DNA of 59,779 nucleotides, from positions 1-59,779 of the forward strand of contig JASHQA010000118.1 of the NCBI GenBank assembly GCA_030037785.1, in the 5' to 3' direction. The notes beneath the pieces are model-generated. The model was given only the letters and a program-made list of their open reading frames with translations. It did not search any database and had not been told where the DNA came from. The number at the start of each line of letters is the position of its first letter. Positions within the stretch are counted from its first letter, which is position 1. This DNA comes from Streptosporangiaceae bacterium (GTDB lineage Bacteria; Actinomycetota; Actinomycetes; Streptosporangiales; Streptosporangiaceae). Below are positions 16,634 to 28,019 of this stretch, piece after piece. The position numbers and the translations under genes were made by a program.

Positions 16634-17638
16634 GTGATTACGTTCATCATCAGGCGGCTGCTGGCCACGGTGATCCTGCTGATCATCGTCAGCGCTCTCA
16701 CGTTCGCGATCTTCTTCCTGCTGCCCAGGCTGGCCGGCGAGACGCCGTATGACCTGGCGGCGAGGTACGTGGGCCGGAACCCGATCCCGTCGCAGATCCG
16801 CGCCATGGAGACGAGGCTCGGCCTGAGCGCGCCGGTGCCGGTGCAGTTCGGCAGGTTCCTCAAGGCCATCGTGGCCGGGGAGACCTACACCAACGGGACG
16901 AGCAAGGTCTACTGCCCGGCGCCGTGCCTCGGCTACTCGTGGCGCAACGAGCAGCCCGTGTGGCCGCTGCTGGTCAGCAACATCCCGGTGACCGCGTCGC
17001 TGGCGATCGGCGCGGCGGTGATCTGGCTGATCGGCGGCGTTGCGATCGGGGTCGTGTCGGCGCTGAAGCGGGGCAGCTTGTTCGACCGGGTCTCGATGAG
17101 CACCGCGCTGGCGGGGGTGTCGCTGCCGATCTTCTTCACCGGTCAGATCGCGCTGCTGCTGTTCAGCTATCACTGGCAGATCTTCAACGTGACCTACGTG
17201 GGCATCACGCAGAACCCGCTGGAGTGGGCGAAGAATCTGATCCTGCCGTGGATCGTCCTGGCCTTCCTGTACTCGGCCCTGTACGCGCGGCTGACCAGGG
17301 CCGGGATGCTCGAGACCATGAACGAGGACTACATAAGGACGGCCCGCGCCAAGGGCCTGCCGGAACGGACAGTGATCTTCAAGCACGGCCTGCGGGCCGC
17401 GCTGACGCCCATCCTGACGATCTTCGGCATGGACCTAGGCCTGCTGTTCGGTGGCGCGATACTGACCGAGCTCACCTTCAGCCTGCACGGTCTCGGGCTG
17501 TTCACGATCGAGGCCATCGATAACTCAGACCTGCCGGAGATCATGGGCGTGGTGCTGCTCGCGTCGTTCTTCATCATCATCGCGAATATGGTGGTCGACA
17601 TCCTGTACGCGGTGATCGACCCCCGGGTGAGGCTGTGA
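16634..17638 (+). CDS. Peptide ABC transporter permease (OppB/DppB type)
   Basis: MITFIIRRLLATVILLIIVSALTF... and EDYIRTARAKGLPER motif. Confidence 0.85.
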   Translation: MITFIIRRLLATVILLIIVSALTFAIFFLLPRLAGETPYDLAARYVGRNPIPSQIRAMETRLGLSAPVPVQFGRFLKAIVAGETYTNGTSKVYCPAPCLGYSWRNEQPVWPLLVSNIPVTASLAIGAAVIWLIGGVAIGVVSALKRGSLFDRVSMSTALAGVSLPIFFTGQIALLLFSYHWQIFNVTYVGITQNPLEWAKNLILPWIVLAFLYSALYARLTRAGMLETMNEDYIRTARAKGLPERTVIFKHGLRAALTPILTIFGMDLGLLFGGAILTELTFSLHGLGLFTIEAIDNSDLPEIMGVVLLASFFIIIANMVVDILYAVIDPRVRL

Positions 17639-18786
17639 TGACGGTAACCGGCGGCACCGGGCCGGGCGGCCAAGCCCGCCGGCTGCTGCGCGGCCGGGGC
17701 GCCGCCGCGAAGCGGGACGAGCGGCCGACCGCGGGCGGTCCGGGTACGGACAGCCTCCTCGAGGTCCGCGACCTGCATGTCAGCTTCCCCACCGACGACG
17801 GCCTCGTGAAGGCCGTGGACGGCGTGTCGTTCTCGCTGGGGCGCGGCAAGACGCTCGGGATAGTGGGGGAGTCCGGCTCCGGCAAGAGCGTGACTAGCCT
17901 GGCCATTCTCGGGCTGCACGAGCACACCAACGCCGACATCGACGGCCAGATCTGGCTGGACGGCGAGGAGCTCGTCACCGCTGGTCCCGCCAGGGTTCGC
18001 CAGCTGCGCGGCAGCAAGATGGCGATGATCTTCCAGGATCCGCTGTCGGCGCTGCACCCCTACTTCAGCGTCGGCGCGCAGATCGCCGAGGCTTACCTGA
18101 TCCACAACAAGATCAGCAAGAAGGCCGCCCGGCAGCACGCCGTCGACATGCTGGGCCGGGTCGGCATTCCGCAGCCGAGCACCAGGGTCGACGACTACCC
18201 GCACCAGTTCTCCGGTGGCATGCGGCAGCGTGCCATGATCGCGATGGCGCTGTGCTGCAACCCGGAGCTGCTGATCGCCGACGAGCCGACCACCGCCCTG
18301 GACGTGACCGTCCAGGCGCAGATCCTCGACCTGATTTCCGACCTGCAGCGGGAATTCGGCTCCGCGGTCATCATCATCACCCACGACCTCGGCGTGGTGG
18401 CCGAGTTGTCCGACGACATTCTCGTCATGTACAGCGGCAGGGTCGCCGAGTACGGCACGGCGCAGGACATCTTCTGGCGGCCAGGGCATCCCTACACCTG
18501 GGGGCTGCTGAGCTCGATGCCGCGCCTCGACGAGGCCAGGGCAGAACGGCTGGTGCCCATCAAGGGCACTCCGCCGAGCCTCATCAACGTGCCGCCGGGC
18601 TGCCCGTTCCACCCGCGCTGCGACTACGCGGCCATGACCGACGGCAAGAGCGAGACGCAGATACCCGAGTTGCGCGAGATCGAGCCCGGCCACCGGGTGG
18701 CCTGCCACCTCAGCAGCCTGCAGCGGGCGACGCTGCGAACCGAGCGAGTAGCCAGCCTCGCCCGCACAGACGGGGAGGATGCGTGA
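17635..18786 (+). CDS. Peptide ABC transporter ATP-binding protein (OppD/DppD type)
   Basis: ATGA overlap with the permease stop. [36 protein letters not shown]-terminal oligopeptide-ATPase extension ([10 protein letters not shown]...CPFHPRC). Confidence 0.9.
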   Translation: MMTVTGGTGPGGQARRLLRGRGAAAKRDERPTAGGPGTDSLLEVRDLHVSFPTDDGLVKAVDGVSFSLGRGKTLGIVGESGSGKSVTSLAILGLHEHTNADIDGQIWLDGEELVTAGPARVRQLRGSKMAMIFQDPLSALHPYFSVGAQIAEAYLIHNKISKKAARQHAVDMLGRVGIPQPSTRVDDYPHQFSGGMRQRAMIAMALCCNPELLIADEPTTALDVTVQAQILDLISDLQREFGSAVIIITHDLGVVAELSDDILVMYSGRVAEYGTAQDIFWRPGHPYTWGLLSSMPRLDEARAERLVPIKGTPPSLINVPPGCPFHPRCDYAAMTDGKSETQIPELREIEPGHRVACHLSSLQRATLRTERVASLARTDGEDA

Positions 18787-19913
18787 GCGCGCCGGTCAGC
18801 ACGGCGACGGCTACCGACGGCGTTGGTCCCGCCGGCGACGCGCTGCTGCAGGTCACCGGGCTGCAGAAGCATTTCCCTGTGATGCGCGGCGTGATCTTCC
18901 GGCGCAGCGTCGGTGCTGTCCAGGCGGTCGACGGCATTGACTTCGCCATCGCGGCCGGGGAGACGCTTGGCCTGGTCGGCGAGTCGGGCTGCGGCAAGAC
19001 CACCACCGGGCGGCTGCTGACCAGGCTGCTCGAGCCGACCGGCGGACAGATCATCTTCGACGGACGGGACATCACGCACCTGTCGATGGGTGCCATGCGG
19101 CCGCTCCGGCGCGACATCCAGATGATCTTCCAGGACCCCTATTCGTCGCTCAACCCGCGGCACACGGTGGGCACGATCGTCGGCGCGCCGTTCCGGCTGC
19201 AGGGTGTGCGGACCGAGCAGGGCACCAAGCGCGACGTACAGAACCTGCTCGAGCTCGTCGGTCTCAACCCCGAGCACTACAACAGGTACCCACACGAGTT
19301 CTCCGGCGGCCAGCGGCAGCGCATCGGCATCGCCAGGACACTGGCGCTCAAGCCGAAGCTGATCGTCGCCGACGAGCCGGTGTCCGCGCTGGATGTCTCG
19401 ATTCAGGCGCAGGTGGTGAACCTGCTGGAGGACCTGCAGCAGGAACTCAGCCTGACCTATGTCGTGATCGCGCACGACCTGTCGGTGGTGCGGCACATCA
19501 GCGACACCGTGGCGGTCATGTACCTCGGCAAGCTGGTAGAGGTAGCCAGGCGCGACGAGCTGTACGCGGCACCCCGGCACCCCTACACGGTCGCGCTGAT
19601 GTCCGCGGTGCCGGTACCCGAGCCGGTGCGCGGCGAGGGCGGCGCGCGGGAGCGGCGCGAGCGCATCCGGCTCACCGGGGACGTGCCGAGCCCGCTGAAC
19701 CCGCCCCCGGCGTGCCGGTTTCACACCCGGTGCTGGAAGGCCCAGGAAATCTGCCGGACCGTCGAGCCCCCGCTTGTCGACCTGGTGCCAGGGCACCAGG
19801 TGGCGTGCCACTTCCCGGAGAATAGTCAGGCCGGCGGCGCGCCGGTGGGCAGTGCGTCAGCGGGCGGTGCCGGAAGCGGCGGTGGCGGAAGCGGCGGCGG
19901 CGTGCCGCCGTAG
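18783..19913 (+). CDS. Peptide ABC transporter ATP-binding protein (OppF/DppF type)
   Basis: GTG 18783 forms a GTGA overlap with the oppD-like stop. [46 protein letters not shown]...CRFHTRC. Gly/Ser-rich tail. The upstream part of track ORF 18252.. is junk. Confidence 0.9.
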   Translation: MSAPVSTATATDGVGPAGDALLQVTGLQKHFPVMRGVIFRRSVGAVQAVDGIDFAIAAGETLGLVGESGCGKTTTGRLLTRLLEPTGGQIIFDGRDITHLSMGAMRPLRRDIQMIFQDPYSSLNPRHTVGTIVGAPFRLQGVRTEQGTKRDVQNLLELVGLNPEHYNRYPHEFSGGQRQRIGIARTLALKPKLIVADEPVSALDVSIQAQVVNLLEDLQQELSLTYVVIAHDLSVVRHISDTVAVMYLGKLVEVARRDELYAAPRHPYTVALMSAVPVPEPVRGEGGARERRERIRLTGDVPSPLNPPPACRFHTRCWKAQEICRTVEPPLVDLVPGHQVACHFPENSQAGGAPVGSASAGGAGSGGGGSGGGVPP

Positions 19914-20749
19914 ACCGGGCAGAGCGACCGGTACGAGCACCACTCGCACAGCCGGCTCGGGCGCGGTCGCCAGTCACCCGCGGACGTGGCTCGGTCGATG
20001 GCCTGCCAGAGGGCGTTGACCTTGCGCTCAGTCGCCAGCAGGTCAGCCTCGTCTGGCGCGTACCGGACTAGCTCGCCGTTCCCCAGGTAGATGAGCTGCA
20101 GCAGGCGCGGGATGGTGCCGCGGGTCCGCCACAGCGCGAGCGCGTAGAACTTCATCTGGAACAGCGCCCTGGCCTCGTATTCCTCCCGTGGAGCGAGGCC
20201 AGTCTTGTAGTCGACGATGCGGATCTCGCCGGTCGGCGCGATGTCGAGCCGGTCGATGTAGCCGCGCAGCGTCAGCCCGGATGCCAGCAGGGCGCGCACC
20301 GACATCTCCCGGTAACTCGGCTCGATCCGGCTGGGGTCTTCCAGCGTGAAGTAGCGATCGAGCATCCGCGCGGCCTCCTCGAACCAGGCAGCCTGCTCCG
20401 TCGCGTCCGCGAACAGCTCAGCCAGCGCTGGCACCTCGGCAACCAGCCGGTCCCACTGCCCCGGCAGCAGCGTCCGGGCGGCCGCGGGCGTGCGGCTGCC
20501 CGGCGGCTCGTCAAACAGCCGCTCCAGCACCGCGTGGACCAGCGTGCCCCGCGCCGTGGCCGGGTTCGGCAGCTCGGGCAGCCGGTCGACGACCCGGAAC
20601 CGGTACAGCAGCGGGCAGGTCATGAAGTCGGTTGCCCGCGATGGCGACAGACTCGGCCCGGCCGGCTGATCGGGCTGCTCAGCCGGCTGATCGGGCTCAG
20701 CCGACCCGGCAGCCGTCGGCGGGGCTGGCTCGGCGAGTGTGTCGCTCAT
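19826..20749 (-). CDS. RecB-family (PD-(D/E)XK) nuclease with C-terminal Cys cluster
   Basis: [18 protein letters not shown]..., IDRLD...IVDYKTG nuclease motif, [10 protein letters not shown]. This family sits next to trmI in mycobacteria, as I recall. Its 3' end overlaps the oppF-like 3' end by 88 nt. Confidence 0.75.
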   Translation of the reverse strand: MSDTLAEPAPPTAAGSAEPDQPAEQPDQPAGPSLSPSRATDFMTCPLLYRFRVVDRLPELPNPATARGTLVHAVLERLFDEPPGSRTPAAARTLLPGQWDRLVAEVPALAELFADATEQAAWFEEAARMLDRYFTLEDPSRIEPSYREMSVRALLASGLTLRGYIDRLDIAPTGEIRIVDYKTGLAPREEYEARALFQMKFYALALWRTRGTIPRLLQLIYLGNGELVRYAPDEADLLATERKVNALWQAIDRATSAGDWRPRPSRLCEWCSYRSLCPVYGGTPPPLPPPPLPAPPADALPTGAPPA

Positions 20750-20850
20750 GCTGGCAGCCTAGGGGACCGCTCCGACAGCGCGGGCTGGCCAGTTCGCCGG
20801 CGCGCCGGCCAGCTGCGGTCAGCGCGGGCCTTCGATGCCCGTGCGCCGCG

Positions 20851-20856
20851 TAGCAT
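20851..20856 (+). promoter_or_regulatory. -10-like TAGCAT 6 nt upstream of the M50 protease GTG (leaderless candidate)
   Basis: TAGCAT-CGATGC-GTG(20863). It is embedded in the palindrome GCATCGATGC (20853-20862). Confidence 0.3.
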
Positions 20857-20862
20857 CGATGC

Positions 20863-22035
20863 GTGGCAGATGATATGCAGCCGGGCGGGCCGCAGCAGCG
20901 AGGGCGGCAGGCTCCAGCTCGGTCACGGGCGGGGATCGGCGTCATGATCGCCCGGCCGTTCGGCATTCCCGTCTTCATCTCGCCGTACTGGTTCCTGGTG
21001 GCCGCGGTCCTGGTCGTGCTGTATTCCAACTCTGGCGCGCTGCCCGGCACGGTGCAGGGCACCGTGCCGCGATACCTGGTCGCCATCGCGTTCGTTGTGC
21101 TGCTGTACGCGTCCGTCCTGCTCCATGAGCTGAGCCACAGCCTGGTCGCTGTCGGCCTGAAGCTGCCGGTGCGCCGGATCCTGCTGTGGCCGCTCGGCGG
21201 CTTCTCCGAGATCGAGCAGGAGCCGCCGACGCCGGGCCGGGAGTTCCTGGTCTCGGCGGCGGGCCCGGCCATGTCGCTCGCCCTGGCGGGCCTGGGCATC
21301 GGGCTGAACGTGCTCACCAGCCCGCACGGCATCCCGGACGTTGTGCTCGACCGATTCATCCTGGCAAACGTCGTGGTGGGCGTGTTCAACCTGCTGCCGG
21401 GGCTGCCGCTGGACGGTGGCCGGCTGCTGCGGGCCGGATTGTGGAAACTGACCGGCCGGAAGGGCCAGTCCGCCGTTCTGGCTGCCTGGGCTGGCCGGAT
21501 TATCGCGCTCGCCGTGGTGGGTGCTGTGCTGACCCAGTCGCAGACCGTGTTCAGCCTGGATGACGGCTACGGCATCTGGCTCATCGCGATCGCCGTGTTC
21601 ATGTGGATGAGCGCAGGCCAGGCGCTGCGGTCCGCCCGGGTGCGGGAGCGGCTGCCCGCGCTGCAGGCGCGGGCGCTGGCTCGGCGCGCGATCCCGATTC
21701 CGTCGAACCTGCCGCTCGCTGAGGCGATCCGGCGCGCCGATCTGGCGCAGGCCAGGGCGCTGGTGGTCGTCGACCACGAGGCCAAGCCCATCGCGATCGT
21801 CAACGAGGGTGCCGTCCTCGCCACCCCGGAGCAGCGCAGGCCGTGGATCGACGCCGGCTCGCTCGCCCGGACGCTGGAGTCGGACATGGTCCTCTCCGCT
21901 GACCTGTCGGGCATGGACCTCATCGAGGCTGTCCGTCGCGCGCCCGCCTCGGAGTATCTGCTCGTCGAGCCGTCCGGTCAGGTCTATGGTGTCCTCGCCG
22001 CCGCCGATCTCGACCACGCGTTCGCGGGCAGCTAG
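20863..22035 (+). CDS. Site-2 protease family (M50) zinc metalloprotease with C-terminal CBS pair
   Basis: HELSHSLVA (HExxH), multiple TM spans, FNLLPGLPLDGG motif, CBS-like C-terminal 120 aa. Alternative start ATG 20944. Confidence 0.85.
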   Translation: MADDMQPGGPQQRGRQAPARSRAGIGVMIARPFGIPVFISPYWFLVAAVLVVLYSNSGALPGTVQGTVPRYLVAIAFVVLLYASVLLHELSHSLVAVGLKLPVRRILLWPLGGFSEIEQEPPTPGREFLVSAAGPAMSLALAGLGIGLNVLTSPHGIPDVVLDRFILANVVVGVFNLLPGLPLDGGRLLRAGLWKLTGRKGQSAVLAAWAGRIIALAVVGAVLTQSQTVFSLDDGYGIWLIAIAVFMWMSAGQALRSARVRERLPALQARALARRAIPIPSNLPLAEAIRRADLAQARALVVVDHEAKPIAIVNEGAVLATPEQRRPWIDAGSLARTLESDMVLSADLSGMDLIEAVRRAPASEYLLVEPSGQVYGVLAAADLDHAFAGS

Positions 22036-22071
22036 CCGACGAGCAGCCGCGTCCCCGTTAGCCTGTCTGCC

Positions 22072-23046
22072 GTGATCACTCCGCCTCGCGGCCCGTTCGC
22101 CGTCGGCGATCAGGTGCAGCTAACCGACCCGAAGGGGCGCAAGCACCGGCTCGTGCTGAGCCCCGGCAAGTCGTTCCACACGCACCGCGGCGCGCTAGCG
22201 CACGACGATCTTATTGGCAAGCCGGAGGGCAGCCTGGTGACGTCCGCCGACGGCACGCCGTATCTCGCGTTCCGGCCGCTGCTTGCCGACTACGCGCTCG
22301 CCATGGAGCGCGGGGCCGCCGTGGTCTACCCGAAGGACGCGGCGCAGATCGTGGGGCTGGCCGACATTTTCCCTGGCGCGCACGTCGTGGAGGCGGGCGC
22401 GGGCTCGGGTGCGCTGTCCTGCTGGCTGCTGCGGGCGGTCGGTGAGTCGGGTCGGCTCACCTCGTTCGAGCGGCGGCCGGACTTCGCCGAAATCGCGGCG
22501 GGCAACGTGCAGCGATACTTTGGCGGCTTGCATCCGGCCTGGCGGCTCGTGGTCGGTGAGCTGGACCAGGCCGGGATCACCGACGCTGACCGGGTGGTGC
22601 TGGACATGCTGTCGCCCTGGGACTACGTTCCGGCGGCGGCAGCCATGCTCCGGCCGGGCGGCGTGCTGTGCTGCTACGTGGCGACGACCACCCAGCTCGC
22701 CCGGACGGTGACCGCGGCGCGCGAGCACGGCAGCTTTGCCGAGCCTGCGGCCTGGGAGACGCTACAGCGGGGCTGGCACGTCGACGGGCTGGCCGTCCGG
22801 CCCGAGCACCGCATGGTCGGCCACACCGGATTCCTCGTGACAGCCAGGCGGCTCGCCGATGGGGTGGTCGCACCGCCGCGCCGTCGGCGGCCGTCTAAAG
22901 GCGCGGAGGCGGCAGCAGCAGCAGCGGCAGCGGCAGCGGCGCCGCACACAGCGGGAGCAGCGGATGCGGCGGCCGGGCGCCGGCACCCGGCGGGGGACGA
23001 TGCCGCCGGTACCGGCGGGATTGCCGGTGCAGGCCGCGGGGAATAG
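22072..23046 (+). CDS. trmI: tRNA (adenine58-N1)-methyltransferase TrmI (GCD14 family) with Ala-rich C-terminal tail
   Basis: FAVGDQVQLTDPKGRKH...HTHRGALAHDDLIG..., VVEAGAGSGALS SAM motif. Located next to arc, as in mycobacteria. Confidence 0.85.
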   Translation: MITPPRGPFAVGDQVQLTDPKGRKHRLVLSPGKSFHTHRGALAHDDLIGKPEGSLVTSADGTPYLAFRPLLADYALAMERGAAVVYPKDAAQIVGLADIFPGAHVVEAGAGSGALSCWLLRAVGESGRLTSFERRPDFAEIAAGNVQRYFGGLHPAWRLVVGELDQAGITDADRVVLDMLSPWDYVPAAAAMLRPGGVLCCYVATTTQLARTVTAAREHGSFAEPAAWETLQRGWHVDGLAVRPEHRMVGHTGFLVTARRLADGVVAPPRRRRPSKGAEAAAAAAAAAAAPHTAGAADAAAGRRHPAGDDAAGTGGIAGAGRGE

Positions 23047-23164
23047 CCGGTCGGCCAGCGAGTTTTCAGGATCGTAACCCCGAGATGCGTACTCGATGCC
23101 CGTCGCCGGGTTACGTATTGACCGCGGATAGGTAGGGTCTAGGTAACTCAGCTCTCAGGAGGGG

Positions 23165-24976
23165 GTGAGGGGCATGGCCTCTCGTGACGACAGCGTTCAC
23201 TCCGGGCGGCACGACGATGAGGTCAAGGTCCTGACCACGCAGGTCTCCTTCCTTGAAGAGGAGGTCGCCGCCCTGCGCAGCCGGCTCGCCGACACGCCCA
23301 GGCAGACGCACCTGCTCGAGCAGCGGCTGCGCGAGGCTGAGACCAGCCTGACGGCGCTGACGGGCCAGAACGATCGGCTCGCGGGTACGCTGCGCGAGGC
23401 GAGAGAGCAGATAGTCGCGCTGAAGGAAGAGGTCGACCGGCTCGCCCAGCCGCCAAGCGGCTTCGGCATTTTCCTGCAGGCCACTCCCGACGGCACCGCA
23501 GACGTGTTCACCGGCGGGCGCAAGATGCGGGTCAGCGTCAGCCCCGGAGTCGAGCTTGCCGAGCTGAGGCCCGGCCAGGAGGTCGTGCTCAACGAGGCGC
23601 TGAACGTCGTCATCGCGCAGGGCTATGAGACGGTCGGCGAGGTCGTCATGCTCAAGGAACTGCTGGAGGATGGCGATCGGGTGCTCATCATCTCGCACGC
23701 CGACGAGGAGCGCATCGCCCGGCTGGCGGAGCCGCTGCGCGGGTCGACCCTGCGCGCTGGTGACTCGCTGCTGCTCGAGCCGCGGTCGGGCTACGTCTAC
23801 GAGCGCATCCCCAAAGCCGAGGTCGAGGAGCTCATCCTGGAGGAAGTCCCCGACATCTCGTACGCAGAGATCGGCGGCCTCGCCTCCCAGATCGAGCAGA
23901 TCCGGGACGCCATCGAGCTGCCCTACCTGCACGCCGACCTGTTCCGCGAGCACAAGCTGCGGCCGCCGAAGGGCGTGCTGCTGTACGGCCCGCCCGGCTG
24001 CGGCAAGACGCTGATCGCGAAGGCCGTGGCGAACTCGCTGGCCAAGCAAGTGGCCGCGCTGGCAGCGCAAGACGGTGCCGGAGCGCTGGCGGCCGAGTCG
24101 GGTCCCGCGAAAGAGCGGCGCAGCTTCTTTCTCAACATCAAGGGCCCGGAGCTGCTGAACAAGTACGTGGGCGAGACCGAGCGGCACATCCGGCTGGTGT
24201 TCCAGCGCGCCAGGGAGAAGGCCAGCGAGGGCATGCCGGTGATCGTGTTCTTCGACGAGATGGACTCGATCTTCCGGACCCGCGGCTCGGGCGTGTCGAG
24301 CGACGTGGAAAACACGATCGTGCCGCAGCTGCTCAGCGAGATCGACGGCGTGGAGGGACTCGAGAACGTCATCGTCATCGGCGCGTCCAACCGTGAGGAC
24401 ATGATCGACCCGGCCATTCTGCGGCCGGGCCGGCTGGACGTGAAGATCAAGATCGAGCGCCCGGACGCCGAGGCGGCCCGCGACATTTTCACCAAGTACG
24501 TGCTGCCCGAGCTGCCGTTGCACGGCGACGACCTGGCTGAGCACGGCGGTCACGCGGACGCGACCGTGGCCGAGATGATCCAGCGCGTGGTCGAGCGGAT
24601 GTACTCCGAGACCGAGGAGAACAAGTTCCTCGAGGTCACCTACGCCAACGGTGACAAGGAAGTGCTGTACTTCCGCGACTTCAACTCCGGCGCGATGATC
24701 CAGAACATCGTCGACCGGGCGAAGAAGATGGCCATCAAGGAATTCCTGGAGACCGGCCAGAAGGGCCTTCGCGTCGCGCACCTGCTGTCGGCGTGCATCG
24801 ACGAGTTCAAGGAAAACGAGGACCTGCCCAACACCACCAACCCCGACGACTGGGCCAAGATCTCCGGTAAGAAGGGCGAGCGGATCGTGTACATCCGCAC
24901 GCTCATCTCCGGCAAGGGCGGCACCGAGGCGGGCCGGTCGATCGACACCGTTTCGAACACCGGCCAGTACCTGTAG
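23165..24976 (+). CDS. arc: Proteasome-associated AAA ATPase ARC/Mpa
   Basis: Near-collinear with remembered M. tuberculosis Mpa: coiled-coil N-terminus, [35 protein letters not shown]-terminal ...NTGQYL. GGAGGGGG RBS. Start GTG 23165 or ATG 23174. Confidence 0.97.
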   Translation: MRGMASRDDSVHSGRHDDEVKVLTTQVSFLEEEVAALRSRLADTPRQTHLLEQRLREAETSLTALTGQNDRLAGTLREAREQIVALKEEVDRLAQPPSGFGIFLQATPDGTADVFTGGRKMRVSVSPGVELAELRPGQEVVLNEALNVVIAQGYETVGEVVMLKELLEDGDRVLIISHADEERIARLAEPLRGSTLRAGDSLLLEPRSGYVYERIPKAEVEELILEEVPDISYAEIGGLASQIEQIRDAIELPYLHADLFREHKLRPPKGVLLYGPPGCGKTLIAKAVANSLAKQVAALAAQDGAGALAAESGPAKERRSFFLNIKGPELLNKYVGETERHIRLVFQRAREKASEGMPVIVFFDEMDSIFRTRGSGVSSDVENTIVPQLLSEIDGVEGLENVIVIGASNREDMIDPAILRPGRLDVKIKIERPDAEAARDIFTKYVLPELPLHGDDLAEHGGHADATVAEMIQRVVERMYSETEENKFLEVTYANGDKEVLYFRDFNSGAMIQNIVDRAKKMAIKEFLETGQKGLRVAHLLSACIDEFKENEDLPNTTNPDDWAKISGKKGERIVYIRTLISGKGGTEAGRSIDTVSNTGQYL

Positions 24977-25035
24977 GCAGGTTCCGGCGGGGCGCGGCGT
25001 GCGCCCGGTAGCGTGCGCGGCTTAGGCTCTAGGGC

Positions 25036-26550
25036 ATGAGCGCGCGCCGGGTCATGGGCATCGAGACCGAGTACGGCATCTCGGTGCCCGGACAGCCGGG
25101 CGTGAACGCCATGGTGAGCTCGTCCCAGGTGGTGAACGCCTACCAGGCCGCCACCGCCGCGCGGGCGCGGCGCCCGCGGTGGGACTTCGAGGAAGAGAAC
25201 CCGCTCCGAGACGCCAGGGGCTTCGACCTAGCTGCGGAGACCGCCGACTCGTCCCAGCTCACCGACGAGGACCTGGGGCTCGCGAACGTCATCCTCACCA
25301 ACGGCGCGCGGTTGTACGTGGACCACGCCCACCCGGAGTACTCGGCACCCGAGTGCACCAACCCGCTGGACGCTGTGATCTGGGACAAGGCCGGCGAGCT
25401 GGTGATGGCCGAGGCAGCCGCGCGGGCGGCGGTCACCCCGGGCGGCCAGCCGATCCAGCTCTACAAGAACAACACGGACAACAAGGGCGCCTCCTACGGG
25501 TGTCACGAGAACTACCTGATGAACCGGGCGACGCCGTTCGCGGACATCGTGCGGCACCTGACGCCGTTCTTCGTGTCTCGCCAGGTCGTGTGCGGGGCCG
25601 GCCGGGTCGGCATCGGCGCGGACGGCCGAGACGACGGCTACCAGATCAGCCAGCGGGCCGACTACTTTGAGGTCGAGGTCGGCCTGGAGACGACGCTGAA
25701 GCGGCCGATCATCAACACGCGCGACGAGCCGCACGCCGATCCGGACAAGTACCGCCGGCTGCACGTGATCATCGGCGACGCGAACATGAGCGAGATATCC
25801 AGCTTCCTCAAGCTGGGCAGCACCGCGCTGGTGCTGGCCATGATCGAGGACCGGTTCCTGGCCAGCGATCTGTCCATCGAGTCACCGGTGGCCGAGCTGC
25901 GGGCGATCTCGCACGATCCCAGCCTGAAGCACCTGGTGACACTCCGGGACGGCCGCCGGATGACGGCGGTTCAGCTGCAGATGGAGTACCTGGAGCTGGC
26001 TCGCAAGTACACCGAGGACAAATACGGCACCGACGTCGACGAGGTCACGGCTGACGTGCTGACCCGGTGGGAGAGCGTGCTGACCCGGCTAGCCGATGAC
26101 CCCATGCAGACGGCCAGGGAGCTGGACTGGGTGGCGAAGCTGGAGATCCTGGAGGGCTACCGATCCAGGGACGGGCTGACCTGGGGTAATCCGCGGCTGC
26201 AGCTGGTCGACCTGCAGTATGCCGACGTCCGGCTCGAGCGGGGCCTGTACAACCGGCTGGCAGCCCGCGGCCGGCTAACGAGGCTAGTCAGCGACGCCGA
26301 CGTCGCCAGGGCCGTCGATGACCCGCCGGAGGACACCAGGGCCTACTTCCGCGGCCGCTGCCTGCGGCAGTACCCGGACGCGGTCGCCGCGGCGTCCTGG
26401 GACTCGGTGATCTTCGACATTCCGGGCCGTGAGTCGTTGCAGCGGGTGCCTACCCTGGAGCCGCTGCGGGGCACCAAGGCGCACGTGGGCCGGCTGCTGG
26501 ATACCTGCGCCACCGCGGGAGAACTGGTGGCAGCGCTGACTGGCTCGTAG
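25036..26550 (+). CDS. dop: Pup deamidase/depupylase Dop
   Basis: [10 protein letters not shown]..., [22 protein letters not shown]. PafA/Dop family with the Dop-specific insertion, positioned between arc and pup. Confidence 0.95.
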   Translation: MSARRVMGIETEYGISVPGQPGVNAMVSSSQVVNAYQAATAARARRPRWDFEEENPLRDARGFDLAAETADSSQLTDEDLGLANVILTNGARLYVDHAHPEYSAPECTNPLDAVIWDKAGELVMAEAAARAAVTPGGQPIQLYKNNTDNKGASYGCHENYLMNRATPFADIVRHLTPFFVSRQVVCGAGRVGIGADGRDDGYQISQRADYFEVEVGLETTLKRPIINTRDEPHADPDKYRRLHVIIGDANMSEISSFLKLGSTALVLAMIEDRFLASDLSIESPVAELRAISHDPSLKHLVTLRDGRRMTAVQLQMEYLELARKYTEDKYGTDVDEVTADVLTRWESVLTRLADDPMQTARELDWVAKLEILEGYRSRDGLTWGNPRLQLVDLQYADVRLERGLYNRLAARGRLTRLVSDADVARAVDDPPEDTRAYFRGRCLRQYPDAVAAASWDSVIFDIPGRESLQRVPTLEPLRGTKAHVGRLLDTCATAGELVAALTGS

Positions 26551-26686
26551 CCCGCGGCTCAGCGGCGAAGTCGCAGTTATCGCAAGAATGACGCATAACG
26601 GGCATTATCCCTGGGCGGCGAACCGTGGGTGTGTCTATCCTGGCCACGAGTTGTCTTGGCGTGATAGCGATGCAGGGCATGCCAGG

Positions 26687-26716
26687 TTGGACAGCGGGCC
26701 CGCAGGCGCATATAGC
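26687..26716 (+). promoter_or_regulatory. Candidate sigma-70-type promoter for pup-prcBA
   Basis: TTGGAC (26687-26692), 18 nt, TATAGC (26711-26716), in the 208-bp lower-GC spacer and 43 nt before the pup ATG. Weak match. Confidence 0.2.
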
Positions 26717-26758
26717 GTTGGGGCTACGGGCGGCACCGCGGAGCACGGAGGTTGGAGC

Positions 26759-26968
26759 ATGGCGACAAAGGACACCGGCGGTCAGCGGCAGGCGCCTCGC
26801 CGAGCCGAGGAAGACGTTGACTCGGAAGTCCAGCCGACCGACGAGGCCAGGGAGCGACAGGACAAGCTGACCGACGACGTGGACTCGATCCTTGACGAGA
26901 TCGACGAGGTGCTCGAGGAGAACGCCGAGGAGTTCGTCCGGTCGTACGTGCAAAAGGGCGGGCAGTAG
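26759..26968 (+). CDS. pup: Prokaryotic ubiquitin-like protein Pup (69 aa, ends GGQ)
   Basis: [11 protein letters not shown]...[45 protein letters not shown]. It is the 3' part of track ORF 26588..26968. Confidence 0.97.
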   Translation: MATKDTGGQRQAPRRAEEDVDSEVQPTDEARERQDKLTDDVDSILDEIDEVLEENAEEFVRSYVQKGGQ

Positions 26969-27029
26969 GCTCACCCCACGGGGGCCAATCCCCCATGCTC
27001 CCCGCAAACCTGACGAGGGGAGCGCCTGC

Positions 27030-27971
27030 GTGAGTGATGGAACGGGCTGCCTGAGGGTCGGTCTGCACGGCACCCTCCCGGCGGTCGGGACACTCGACCG
27101 GAAGGACTTCGCGGTGGGCGGCATTGAACCTCAGGGCCGGTGGCAGGCTGCGGCGTTCCTTGCCGCGGGATCATCGTCTTTCGCCGACTTCCTCAGCCAG
27201 GCCGCACCGGACCTGCTGCCGCGAGCACGCCACGGCGACGGTGCCGCGGGCGTGGTGCCCGACGTCCCGCATGGCACCACGATCGTCACCGCGGTGTGCG
27301 ACGGCGGCGTCGTGATGGCTGGCGACCGCCGGGCGACGGCTGGCAACATGATCGCCCAGCGGCACATGGAGAAGGTGTTCCGCAGCGACGAGTACTCGTG
27401 CGTGGGCATCTCGGGCGCCGCCGGCGTGGCCGTGGACATGGTCCGGCTGTTCGCCGTGGAACTGGAGCACTACGAGAAGCTCGAAGGCCGGTCGCTGTCC
27501 CTGGAGGGCAAGGCGAACAGGCTCGCGGGCTTCGTCAAGGCCAACCTGGGTGGGGCCATGCAAGGGCTCGTCGCGGTGCCACTGCTGGCCGGATACGACG
27601 AGGAGACCCGCCAGGGTCGCATCTTCAGCTTCACAGTCGACGGCGGCAAGTACGAAGAGCAGCGGTTCGCTGGCATTGGCTCCGGGTCGCTGTTCGCGCG
27701 CGGGGCGCTGAAGAAGCTGTACCGGGACGGCATGAGCGCTGAGGACGTCGTGCTGGTGCTCATGCAGGCGCTGTATGACGCCGCTGACGAAGACTCGGCG
27801 ACCGGCGGCCCCGACATGTCCCGGCGCATCTACCCGGTCGTCGCGACCGTGACCGAGGACGGCTACCAGCGGCTCGCCGACGACGAGGCCGGGCGGTACG
27901 CCGATGCCGTGGTCGCCGAGCGCATGCAGCGGCCCGACGGCCCGGCAGCGCCACTGCGATCGGACTCCTGA
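27030..27971 (+). CDS. prcB: Proteasome subunit beta PrcB (with propeptide)
   Basis: SSSFADFL...[24 protein letters not shown] (Thr-1 site). GTG 27030 has RBS GAGGGGAG. In-frame GTG 27114 (RBS GGAAGGA) would give a propeptide length closer to M. tuberculosis. Confidence 0.93.
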   Translation: MSDGTGCLRVGLHGTLPAVGTLDRKDFAVGGIEPQGRWQAAAFLAAGSSSFADFLSQAAPDLLPRARHGDGAAGVVPDVPHGTTIVTAVCDGGVVMAGDRRATAGNMIAQRHMEKVFRSDEYSCVGISGAAGVAVDMVRLFAVELEHYEKLEGRSLSLEGKANRLAGFVKANLGGAMQGLVAVPLLAGYDEETRQGRIFSFTVDGGKYEEQRFAGIGSGSLFARGALKKLYRDGMSAEDVVLVLMQALYDAADEDSATGGPDMSRRIYPVVATVTEDGYQRLADDEAGRYADAVVAERMQRPDGPAAPLRSDS

Positions 27972-28019
27972 TTGTCTTGTCCACCGCCATGACCCCACTC
28001 GAGTAAGGAAGCGCCCGCG

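Noticed and set aside
26588-26758. An in-frame upstream extension of pup (track ORF 26588-26968) that would give a 126-aa protein.
   Set aside because: The extension is lower-GC with no codon bias. A good RBS (GGAGGTTGGAG) precedes ATG 26759, and the 69-aa product matches canonical Pup length and sequence.
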